Source: Zancudomyces culisetae HAW-14-8 (taxonomy: Eukaryota > Fungi > Kickxellomycota). From it: a DNA stretch of 64,000 nucleotides. The notes under the pieces are model-generated. The model was not told where the DNA came from. It saw only the letters and a list, made by a program, of their open reading frames with translations, and did no database searches. Where the stretch lies: positions 868,001 to 932,000 of the forward strand of contig JBNJNM010000008.1 in NCBI GenBank assembly GCA_052426225.1, given 5' to 3'. Shown one piece after another: positions 43,573-54,305 of the stretch (position 1 is the stretch's first letter; every line of letters begins with the position of its first letter). The translations under genes and the position numbers were made by a program.

Positions 43573-46500
43573 ATGGAGCCGATTCATGTATTCTTGCGTA
43601 TACGTCCGTTTATGAACAGTCCTGGTTTCATTGAAAACCAAAACGTCGAAACAGTGCAAATACTAGGCAAAAACAACGTTTCGATCCCTAGCCAATCTAA
43701 TGAAATATTTTCTTTTGACTTTGTTGGGAATAAAGACACGAAACAGGCAAGTACGCAAACTATACACACATCGTATATATACATTGTACTATCAGAAGAA
43801 AATTGTCTATTCAAGTACATACCAAATGCTTTCTTCGGTTTATTATTTTTATATATGTTTTTTAATTTCATACGCTAAAGCCTACGCGAGTCAGACTAGA
43901 GAAAAACGCTTTTAATTTATAATTAATATTTTATATTGCTGTCTAATTAGGTTGAAGTATTCAAGTAAGTATTACAACCGAGTACCATGTTTGCAGATAC
44001 AATAATGCTTTTTATATAGGGTTAATTTTATTATTGACCTCGAACGCTATTTGCTGTACCTATATTATAGTGCCATCGGAAAAAGAGCTGTTGAAAAGGT
44101 AGTTGAGGGATATAATAGTACAATATTTGCATATGGGCAAACCGGCAGCGGTAAAACGTATACTATGCAGGGGGGTTCACAAAGTACACTTTTGTCAAAT
44201 GTTGAGGAGCGAGGATTAATTCCAAGATGCTTTGAATACTGTAATTTCTATACATCTATTTTATCACTACACATTGAAAATGTATTGTCTATATAATAAT
44301 CAAAATAAAAATCCCTTTCAATGTCAACTAAATATGTTTATAGTGTTTGAAAAGATCAGGGAAAAGAGGGAACATTCGCTTAATCGGGTAGAATATCTAT
44401 GCCGCGTATCATATATTGAAATATACAATGAGAATATATATGATCTATTGGATATAAATACAAAAATGTGTATGCTAAGAGAAGATATCAAGAAAGGGGT
44501 ATTTGTAGATGGTGTAATCGAGGAGACAGTGTTTAATGCAGATGAGGCTTTTGCTGTAAGATTAGTTGCTCCCATTTAAGCTATAATTTGTGATTATATA
44601 AATGTTTGTCATACATGTATATTACTATATTCAAATGCCGCTACAAACTTTTTTTTATAAAAAAAAACAAAAGAAAGGGAGCTCATAAAAATATAATACA
44701 TATCACAATGTAGATTTTGATAAAGGGGGCAAATAACAGAAGGGTCGGAGAAACTTGTAAGTAAAAAATATATATTTCTCGATTAGACCAATGATGCATA
44801 TCTCTAGAATTACAATATCTGGTGTTACTAAACGCTTTTCGAATATTATCATTAGCAATGAATAGGGAAAGCAGTAGATCCCACTCACTGTTCACATTGG
44901 TGGTTCAATCGATGGTAACTGTTGCGTATTTATCCTTTTTCAATGAATTTTATTAAAAAAAAAGTCGGGGGCTTAACAAATACACACTTTAGACTATGCT
45001 GGATGGCGGTTTAAGAGAAATGCGAGAGTCAAAATTCAACCTAGTGGATTTGGCTGGTTCGGAAAGACAAAAGTTCACTGGAGCAGTCGGAACAAGGCTA
45101 AAGGAGGCTGCGAGTATTAATAAAAGTCTATCAGCATTGGGAACCGTGATAAATGCACTAGCAGAGTCTGCCATTACTGGCCGTCAACGGCATGTTAATT
45201 ACAGAGATTCGCGGCTGACATTTTTGCTAAAGGTATGTAGCTTTTTATCCATGGGAGGAATTATATTATTTGCGAAATATCTTTGATGATAAAAACATGA
45301 TACTGACTTGCTTTGAGTTTTTTATGCGCCTGATTGTATGATTGCTCATTATGATTATTGTTATTATAGGATTCTCTTGGTGGAAATTCGGTAACAGCTA
45401 TTGTGGCTAATGTTTCCCCTTCGATCTCTAGTGATTACGAAACTATTAGTACACTACGATTTGCTCAAAGGGCAAAACTGATAAAAAACAGGGTACGTTT
45501 AAACATGTGAGTTTGGTGTAGTGTTGGGACATTGACTTGAGCTGTATTTTTTTCTTTTACTTTGTTAGGTTGTTGTAAACCAAGATACAAAAGGAGACGT
45601 GGTTCAATTCCAGAAAGAAATTGCACGTCTAAGATCTGAAGTGTCGTTACTACGTGATGTGATCTCTAGGTCTAATTCGTCCGGCTCTCAAGGGGTTCAT
45701 ACAGGTACTGATGCTTGCTTTTTAACTACTTCGATTTGATAAATATTAGTTAATCGATCTTGCACTACGATAGTTGGCGGATATAACAATGCTCAGAACG
45801 ATCAAATCACTTCTTCCGACTGGTTGGCATATCTGGCTATTAGAAGACTTGATGAAGGTATAAAGATATAGGCTTTATTACTATTTTGCATACATAATAA
45901 CCATTGATGTCTATTTAATACACTGTGGCTTACTCCATCATATGATTTAGAATCTAGACAAAAAAGCATGCTATCTCAATCTTTGTTACAACTGCATTTA
46001 AAATCTAGAAAGCAGTACCAACAAATCCAAGTAAGTATTCTTACCTTGTTGTTTCCCTAACCACGGAGTATAATTCTTTGTGCCTTATTGCATTTTTACA
46101 ACTTTTTTAAAAACAACTGAATTTAACATTTAGCAACTTAAGCTCATTGTCAAATTGAGAAATTCAGAAAACCAAGCCCTTAGAAACCAATCACCTGCGG
46201 CTGAGCTTTCTCAGATGGAAAATGTACGTTTTTTTTTTGCCAACTTATTATTCTGCTTTTTGTTGCGATGTATATACCCACACTAATCATATACCGAATA
46301 TACAGTCTTCTTTACGAGCTGAAGTTGATTATTTGAGCCGTCAACTCTCTGCAACTAAAGGTAAGTTTTATTTTTTTCAGTGATTAGAATGATTCATCAT
46401 TTGATCTGTGTGGTGTATCGTGGATGTATAATACTATTTTTCAGTAATGGAATGAGTGGGGAGGAGAAGGGAGGGGGGGGGGGGGGGGGGGGGGTAAAGC

Positions 46501-47340
46501 TATACAGCTTAAGTAAAAATAAAATTATGGGATGATTTTGATTAGATATCGATGATTTGGTTCTCGAGAACATCCAACTAAAAGGTACTCAAGTTGTTTT
46601 ATGGTTTGTCTTAATTACGACTGGGAAGGCACTCCCACTATTTTTTTAAAAGCATTCTACCAATGATTTTGTGCGTTAAATATAGCAATGGTTGAGAAAC
46701 TAGAACTACTAAACCAAGGCTATCAAACTAATGGAAACGAACTACCGAAAATTGAAGAGCTGACTGATCACTTGGAAAACGTTATTTCTTTGAACTACTC
46801 TGGTGTTATGGACAAAATTCCAATAGAAATCGATCGTTCAGAAATAACCCTCCTCGAAAATAACATTGTGGTATGTGTAATTCACATTGATTCTGTAACT
46901 GGAGTATTTTGTTGTAATGTTGCTTCCTTTTTTTGTGCCTGGAGCCTGTTTTTCTTATAATTTTCAAACTATTAACTCACAAAAATATACACCTTAACTA
47001 CACTAGAATCTACAAAACGATATATCAGAGTTGGAGCTTCAGAGAGATCAGCTTTCTAACAAAATCGGCGGAATGGAGCATGACTGGGGCTTTGTATTGG
47101 TATTTCTCATCATTTTTTTATTTTTATATTCAATAACATGTATGTGGTTGGGCCTTTGGATTTTTAATTTCTATTGCTTAATTTTATCATGTATAGGATA
47201 CGATGATGAAATTAGAGGGTATTGGTGCGAATAGAAGGGGGTTGGAGTTGATTGAAAAAAATATAGCAAATGTTGTTTCCGATGAGCCGAAAAAAGCTCT
47301 TCTACTTTTAAAAAACATCGTTGCTTTCCAGGACACTTAG
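43573..47340 (+). CDS. Kinesin motor protein (kinesin-12/KIF15-like), ~17 exons; 3' exons approximate
   Basis: [91 protein letters not shown]|[22 protein letters not shown], assembled across GT/GC-AG introns, followed by short coiled-coil exons. Confidence 0.88.
46473..46494 (+). repeat. G22 homopolymer in a kinesin intron
   Basis: 22 consecutive G. Confidence 0.9.
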
Positions 47341-50049
47341 CCAATTCTAACATCCATTTCTATGTTTTATATCTATGCCCTTTCAATCAATCTTTATATT
47401 TCTCTTTTTATTTAATTTTTTATATTATTGTTGTTTATGTTTGTTTAGTTTATTGCAAATGGATGTAACCTTATAGTTCCGTAGCTAATAAAAGTAAGCT
47501 AATCTGAATCATGTAGTATTATCCTACTGGGAACTTAACAAAGTAAATAGTAAGCTTGGAGCAACACATCCTACATCGCCAGACATGTAGTTTAGTTTAG
47601 GAACTTGGGTTTTCTAATTGTGTTATGATGTATGCCCAAGTCATATGCCGAGAAAAAGTATTTAATTTCTACTGCAAAATAAATACTGTTTCTTATTTTG
47701 AAGGCATTCTAATCGGATGGCGATTACGCCAGATCTATCTCTTCTTACAAACATCAATGTGTATGAGCTGATATCCTTGCTTAAAAAAGCTTTATTTGGC
47801 CAATATAGCGGCTCAAATGTAATTGCCACCTTTATAGTCATTATTTACAACCAGTAACAAATACAAAGCTAAGAGCGTCAATGTTTTTCCTTTGAAGAGA
47901 ATTTTAACACAGCATTTTGATTTATGCGATTCGATTATCGGAGTTCAAAAATCCTGAAATGCCATGCTATGTAATTGCAAAAAACCGAAAAAGGCTATTA
48001 GCTGTGTATACACAGCCGAACGTTGCTACACTTTTTTAATGTAGAAATAGCGCATTTTTTCTCTAATGTCTTTGCGGTGTAACCTCAACAACGGCAAATT
48101 TTTAATGGAAGGTTTTGGTGGTTCAAATTGTGTAAAGGTTTTTCGCTTATAACTTTATGTGATATATATTCAGTAAATTCATTGAGCAGAAATAAAAAAG
48201 GTCATTAATTGTTTGCTTGAAAATTTTGGGGTTGTATCTCTATAAATTATAGACGATTTTCTACTACCACAAAAATTGGTAAACCTCCTTTGTTTCAGTT
48301 TTTCTGTCTAATGAAGTGCTTTACAAAAAAATAATAAAAGTAAACTCTGTCGAATTTGTAACAACAAATTTTGCGTAAGAGAACCACAATGGAACAAAGT
48401 TTTCCCACAAAATCTTTAATGTCCTCTAAACCGTTTAAACATTTGACAAGGTACACAATTTGAAGGCGGAGCTGTCAAAAGTATTGCTCTATTTGCCCAT
48501 TTCCTGTGTGTTACGTCAACTGCTCTGAAAAGGCAAAATACACATCGCCATTCTGGAATTTAATTGTAGCCAAAAACCTAACCCCAGATCAATTTTGCTA
48601 AAAAAGGTGTAAAAATTGATATTTACTTCCCCAATGTGATCACTAACACCGATAATATCGATGGTTCACTAAGCCCAATTTCAACGCATAATCAACAGCG
48701 TTTTGGAGCGAATTAGCTCTAAATAATTACTATGTATGTTTTTGTGTTTAATATTACAGCAAAATATAAATTCCAAAGAAATATGATATGAGATACAATT
48801 TGTTTCACTTTCCACCCGCACCCGCACCCGCACCCGCACCTTCCCCCTTCCCCTCCTCGCTCAAAGGCACATAAACATCCTTGGTATAAAGTTTTGTACT
48901 TATTAGTTTTATCATTCTCGAACCATATGCAAAAAAAAAACATCTACTGGGGTAGCTTTCACCAAATTTCAGCATCAAAGTCGAGTAAACTGGGTGGAGG
49001 GGGGGGTGTGTGATGATGGGATTAGGAACAAGTGGATGATCGGGTTTGTTGTGCATAAGAATTTATCCAATTAAAACTGGATTCGCAGCTACACTGCCAT
49101 TTTTTTTTCTCAGTCCCAAATTTTAGAATACACCCATCCCCACCTCTTTCACTCAAAAGATGTATGTATCATCTTGGATAAATAAATTGGTTGTAAAACC
49201 CAACTGTATCAATCAATTCCCGGAAAATATACCCACCGAGTAATGCACATCATGTGCGGTTGAGTACCAGCAAATGAAAGGTCCTCTTAAAAACCAATCC
49301 TGAACTCAAATATCATCATGCTTTTTAAAACTAAATAAATGCATATCAGGTACAAAGTTTTTACTAGGTACTTGTTTCCAAAAATTAAAAAATATGGCTG
49401 TGTAATACAACCTATTGAGTGTGAATTTGATTCTGATGTTTGTTTTAGGATAGAGTTGTTGGGTATATCTTTGCTTTGGTTGTCTTTATTTCGAAGCAGT
49501 ATTAAATCGCTTCAAACACCTTGATACCAAAAAACATTTTGGGGAAGTAGCATGTCTGACGCTTCAAATGGATAACAAAGCTCATGCATAGACTTTTGAG
49601 TTTTTGTAAGTGGTGAAAATTTTTTTCTTTCTGTATCAATACCAGTATTCAATCACTAATCCATATACTAGTATTCAAAAATCTCAGTTGTATATAATAT
49701 AAGAAAACATTCACATCTTAGGTAATTTACAAGACACAGAACAGTAGCGTAATACAAAAGTTCAGGTGTATTTGTTAGGACCTTTTTTATATGGGCAGCC
49801 TAACAACTGCGGTTCAAAATAAATTGATCATTTTGAAAAACAAATAATCACGAAGAAAAATCGACACCCAATACACGCGTTTATTAATGTGCGTTAGTTG
49901 ATATGTGCAACCCAACAAAAATTTATTACTAACTACTATTTGTATTGATATCGAAAGTTAGGGGTTTTTAAAAACCAAGTATGTTGATAGTATTGATGGT
50001 TTTAGGATTTTATAATATAGTTAAATGTTTGTTTTTTTCATTGCTACAG

Positions 50050-50061
50050 ATATATATAAAC
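50050..50061 (+). promoter_or_regulatory. Putative TATA box of the repeat-protein gene
   Basis: ATATATATAAA about 220 bp upstream of the ATG. Confidence 0.35.
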
Positions 50062-50277
50062 CAAAGATTCCTTATTAACTTTTATCATGTACATCCTTCA
50101 TACAGAACATTCAAACAATAGTTTTAACTATACCTATAAGTTATAATCATTAATAATATTCATACCATTTAACCATCCCAATCAAAACAGGCGCGAGATT
50201 CTTCAAATAGCTTGTTAGCACAAAACAGATATCTTAGATTCATCAAACACACACACACATACACATAAAAAAGCGAG

Positions 50278-52926
50278 ATGGGTAAGTTTATTAATCTTAT
50301 TGCACTCGGGGTTATTGTTACCCAAGACTTGAACATTGCTTCAGCATTTGCCATAAAAGACAGACTAGTAAAAAGACAAGAGTATGCTTATCCAAATGGA
50401 TCCACTGAAACACCAGTGAATATATACAACACCGCATCAACTTGGACAACAGCTGGATACCCACCAGCCCCAACAACCACAGCTGGATACCCACCAGCTC
50501 CAACAACCACAGCTGAGTATCCACCAGCTCCAACAACCACAGCTGGATACCCACCAGCTCCAACAACCACAGCTGAGTATCCACCAGCTCCAACAACCAC
50601 AGCTGGATACCCACCAGCTCCAACAACCACAGCTGAGTATCCACCAGCTCCAACAACCACAGCTGGATACCCACCAGCTCCAACAACTACAGCTGAGTAT
50701 CCACCAGCCCCAACAACCACAGCTGGATACCCACCAGCTCCAACAACAACCACAACTGGCTATCCACCAGCTCCAACAACAACAACAGGCTATCCACCAG
50801 CCCCAACAACAACAACAACCGGCTATCCACCAGCCCCAACTACAACCACAACCGGCTATCCACCAGCCCCAACTACAACAACTGGATACCCACCAGCCCC
50901 AACAACCACAACTGGATACCCACCAGCCCCAACAACCACAACTGGATACCCACCAGCCCCAACAACCACAACTGGATACCCACCAGCCCCAACTACAACC
51001 ACAACTGGATACCCACCAGCCCCAACAACAACCACAACTAGATACCCACCAGCCCCAACAACCACAACCGGCTATCCACCAGCTCCAACTACAACCACAA
51101 CCGGCTATCCACCAGCTCCAACTACAACCACAACTGGATACCCACCAGCTCCAACTACAACCACAACTGGATACCCACCAGCCCCAACAACAACCACAAC
51201 TAGATACCCACCAGCCCCAACAACCACAACCGGCTATCCACCAGCTCCAACTACAACCACAACCGGCTATCCACCAGCTCCAACTACAACCACAACTGAA
51301 TACCCACCAGCTCCAACAACAACCACAACTAGATACCCACCAGCCCCAACAACCACAACTAGATACCCACCAGCCCCAACAACCACAACTGGATACCCAC
51401 CAGCCCCAACTACAACCACAACCGGCTATCCACCAGCTCCAACTACAACCACAACCGGCTATCCACCAGCCCCAACAACCGAAGATAGTTGTGAGGGAAC
51501 CTCTACAGTCTATGTAACAGTTACTGCTACGCTTAACAGTCTTTGTACGGCAACATCTACTATTTACACAACACTAACAGCATTAACAACAAGTACCAAA
51601 TACGAAACAGTTACTGTAACAAGCAGCAGCACTACTACTTTCACGTCAACAACCACAACCGGCTATCCACCAGCTCCAACAACCACAACCGGCTATCCAC
51701 CAGCCCCAACAACCACAACCGGATACCCACCAGCTCCAACTACAACCACAACTGGCTATCCACCAGCCCCAACAACCACAACCGGATACCCACCAGCTCC
51801 AACTACAACCACAACCGGCTATCCACCAGCTCCAACAACCACAACCGGCTATCCACCAGCTCCAACTACAACAACTGGATATCCACCAGCCCCAACTACA
51901 ACCACAACTGGATACCCACCAGCTCCAACAACAACCACAACTGGATACCCACCAGTCCCAACAACCACAACCGGCTATCCACCAGCTCCAACAACAACCA
52001 CAACTGGATACCCACCAGCTCCAACAACAACCACAACTGGATACCCACCAGCTCCAACTACAACAACCGGCTATCCACCAGCTCCAACAACAACCACAAC
52101 TGGATACCCACCAGCTCCAACTACAACCACAACCGGCTATCCACCAGCCCCAACAACCACAACCGGATACCCACCAGCTCCAACTACAACCACAACTGGA
52201 TACCCACCAGCTCCAACAACAACCACAACTGGATACCCACCAGCTCCAACAACAACCACAACTGGATACCCACCAGTCCCAACAACCACAACCGGCTATC
52301 CACCAGCTCCAACTACAACCACAACTGGATACCCACCAGCTCCAACAACAACCACAACTGGATACCCACCAGCTCCAACAACAACCACAACCGGCTATCC
52401 ACCAGCTCCAACAACAACCACAACTGGATACCCACCAGCTCCAACAACAACCACAACTGGATACCCACCAGCTCCAACAACAACCACAACTGGATACCCA
52501 CCAGTCCCAACAACCACAACCGGCTATCCACCAGCCCCAACTACAACCACAACTGGGTACTCACCAGCTCCAACAACCACAGCTGAATACCCACCAGCTC
52601 CAACAACCACAGCTGAGTATCCACCAGCCCCAACAACCACAGCTGAGTATCCACCAGCCCCAACAACCACAGCTGAGTATCCACCAGCCCCAACAACCAC
52701 AGCTGAGTATCCACCAGCCCCAACAACCACAGCTGAGTATCCACCAGCCCCAACAACCACAGCTGAGTATCCACCAGCCCCAACAACCACAGCTGAGTAT
52801 CCACCAGCCCCAGCAACCACAGCTGAGTATCCACCAGCCCCAACAACCACAGCTGAGTATCCACTAGCCCCAACAATTTCAGCTGAATATCCTGGCGCAA
52901 CATCATCTCCAATACTCACTTATTAA
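50278..52926 (+). CDS. Secreted Tyr/Pro/Thr-rich tandem-repeat protein (extensin/mucin-like, putative adhesin)
   Basis: Hydrophobic N-terminus, dibasic LVKR site, ~70 [G/E/R]YPPAPT(3-5) units in two blocks around a two-Cys spacer, no C-terminal GPI or TM segment. Variation between repeats is mostly at third codon positions in this frame. Confidence 0.85.
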   Translation: MGKFINLIALGVIVTQDLNIASAFAIKDRLVKRQEYAYPNGSTETPVNIYNTASTWTTAGYPPAPTTTAGYPPAPTTTAEYPPAPTTTAGYPPAPTTTAEYPPAPTTTAGYPPAPTTTAEYPPAPTTTAGYPPAPTTTAEYPPAPTTTAGYPPAPTTTTTGYPPAPTTTTGYPPAPTTTTTGYPPAPTTTTTGYPPAPTTTTGYPPAPTTTTGYPPAPTTTTGYPPAPTTTTGYPPAPTTTTTGYPPAPTTTTTRYPPAPTTTTGYPPAPTTTTTGYPPAPTTTTTGYPPAPTTTTTGYPPAPTTTTTRYPPAPTTTTGYPPAPTTTTTGYPPAPTTTTTEYPPAPTTTTTRYPPAPTTTTRYPPAPTTTTGYPPAPTTTTTGYPPAPTTTTTGYPPAPTTEDSCEGTSTVYVTVTATLNSLCTATSTIYTTLTALTTSTKYETVTVTSSSTTTFTSTTTTGYPPAPTTTTGYPPAPTTTTGYPPAPTTTTTGYPPAPTTTTGYPPAPTTTTTGYPPAPTTTTGYPPAPTTTTGYPPAPTTTTTGYPPAPTTTTTGYPPVPTTTTGYPPAPTTTTTGYPPAPTTTTTGYPPAPTTTTGYPPAPTTTTTGYPPAPTTTTTGYPPAPTTTTGYPPAPTTTTTGYPPAPTTTTTGYPPAPTTTTTGYPPVPTTTTGYPPAPTTTTTGYPPAPTTTTTGYPPAPTTTTTGYPPAPTTTTTGYPPAPTTTTTGYPPAPTTTTTGYPPVPTTTTGYPPAPTTTTTGYSPAPTTTAEYPPAPTTTAEYPPAPTTTAEYPPAPTTTAEYPPAPTTTAEYPPAPTTTAEYPPAPTTTAEYPPAPTTTAEYPPAPATTAEYPPAPTTTAEYPLAPTISAEYPGATSSPILTY
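50452..52890 (+). repeat. Coding minisatellite, 30/33-bp units with a 60-bp higher-order repeat at the 5' end, interrupted by a unique spacer ~51481-51650
   Basis: Units such as ggatacccaccagctccaacaaccacaact. The lines starting 50521 and 50581 are identical, as are those starting 52621, 52681 and 52741. Confidence 0.97.
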
Positions 52927-53324
52927 GAATGACCATATAACCGCTTCTCTACAAAGTTGCCACACTTCTGGTTTTTGCGACTTCCATCATAAACACATGT
53001 TATTAACTGTACAATTCTTATTGATTGTTAGTACCATGTTTTCCCCCCCTTTAACAGATTATCTACATAACTAACTTTTTAGCTTTGTTTATTCAGTGCT
53101 TAGGATATAGTTACCACAACAATAACAATTAAATAAAACTTACATGAAACTAGCTTGCAAACCATAATTGACATTTACCACCCTTTAATGCGCCAAAAAT
53201 GTCAGATTGTTGATTATATTTGGAAATATTTCACTCACTTTATTTTGATATAAAAATGTGCTAAAAAAAACTAAATCTTATACTGCTGTAACTAAAATAA
53301 ATGAGATAGCTTAAGTGTCATAAC

Positions 53325-54305
53325 TTATTTAGCGTAGCACTTGGTGACATAGTGCACCTGAGTAGTTGTATAAACTGATGAAGTTGGTGGTGTTGGTGGT
53401 TGAGAGTTACACTGGACGCTAAGGCTATTAACATGCATTGTATACACAGTGTTTGGACCCCATGGAGTAGGAGTACCTGCCCATTGGGCAGTTCCATCCT
53501 GTCCTGAGTTTCCACCATCCCAGATCGAGAAGAAAAGTGAGTATTTAGTTCCAGGGAACTTGTATGTGTTGGTTGCGGCATCAAAAGTGCTTTGTTTTGT
53601 CAGTACTCTAGCTACTTTTCCGTCAACAATAAATTGCATTGAATCTTGGCCAACTACAAATGTGTAATCATGGAAATCTGCGGAGGTATTAGCACCAACA
53701 TCATGTGAAACCATGTTTGTGTAGTCTAAAACACCATTCCAGTAATAGTTTGTTTGAACTTCATTTGGCGATTTTCCTACCCATTCGAAATCCAATTCAT
53801 CACCATTGTTGTTATTGCGTAGCGCAAATGCTGACACAACACCTGGTGCAACACTTGCTGTTTTAATTCTAGCAGTATACGTGCCTACTCCAATATCGGA
53901 GTTGAGCATGACTGTGGACCCAAATCCCTTGTTGTTACCACCATTTGCCATACTCACCACTAGGTTTCCATTGGCAATTGAGGCGTTATCCGGCTGGAAG
54001 GTAGAGATAAATGGTGTGCTATCTGAGGATCCTGAGACATTAACTATGTTTTTCAAGCTAGATGAATCCTGGAATGTATAAGCCCGATTCTGGCATGTCT
54101 GAGCCGCCCAGCAGCTTTGAGGTGAGAAAGAGTTTGCAATTTCACACACGCCTGCCATACAATAGTTTGCGTCAGAGTTACAATACCCCTCTCGACAACA
54201 TGGTGAAGTAGATGGGCAATCCTGATCCCCACACTTCCCTGCTGCATATCTGCTGATACAAAGTATTGAGCCCAAAAGCACTGTTACTATTTTCTTATGC
54301 ATCAT
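53325..54305 (-). CDS. GH16 Crh/Utr2-like chitin transglycosylase with N-terminal chitin-binding (CBM18-like) module
   Basis: Signal peptide, CG..CP..SPCC..GYC..YC..C module, GVVSAF..GDELDFEWVG (ExDxE catalytic motif), EVQTNYY, DFHDYT, SIWDGG..GTAQWAG. Confidence 0.92.
   Translation of the reverse strand: MMHKKIVTVLLGSILCISRYAAGKCGDQDCPSTSPCCREGYCNSDANYCMAGVCEIANSFSPQSCWAAQTCQNRAYTFQDSSSLKNIVNVSGSSDSTPFISTFQPDNASIANGNLVVSMANGGNNKGFGSTVMLNSDIGVGTYTARIKTASVAPGVVSAFALRNNNNGDELDFEWVGKSPNEVQTNYYWNGVLDYTNMVSHDVGANTSADFHDYTFVVGQDSMQFIVDGKVARVLTKQSTFDAATNTYKFPGTKYSLFFSIWDGGNSGQDGTAQWAGTPTPWGPNTVYTMHVNSLSVQCNSQPPTPPTSSVYTTTQVHYVTKCYAK

Noticed and set aside
51543-52586. 347-aa alternative-frame ORF (NNHNWIPTSS repeats) and antisense VVVGAGGY / LLELVGIQLW ORFs over the repeat
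   Set aside because: They are open only because the repeat unit lacks stops. Unit variation is synonymous in the YPPAPT frame, which also carries the ATG and signal peptide.
50452-52890. Resemblance of the 30-33 bp periodic array to CRISPR
   Set aside because: No unique spacers, in-frame coding repeat, eukaryotic context and no cas genes.
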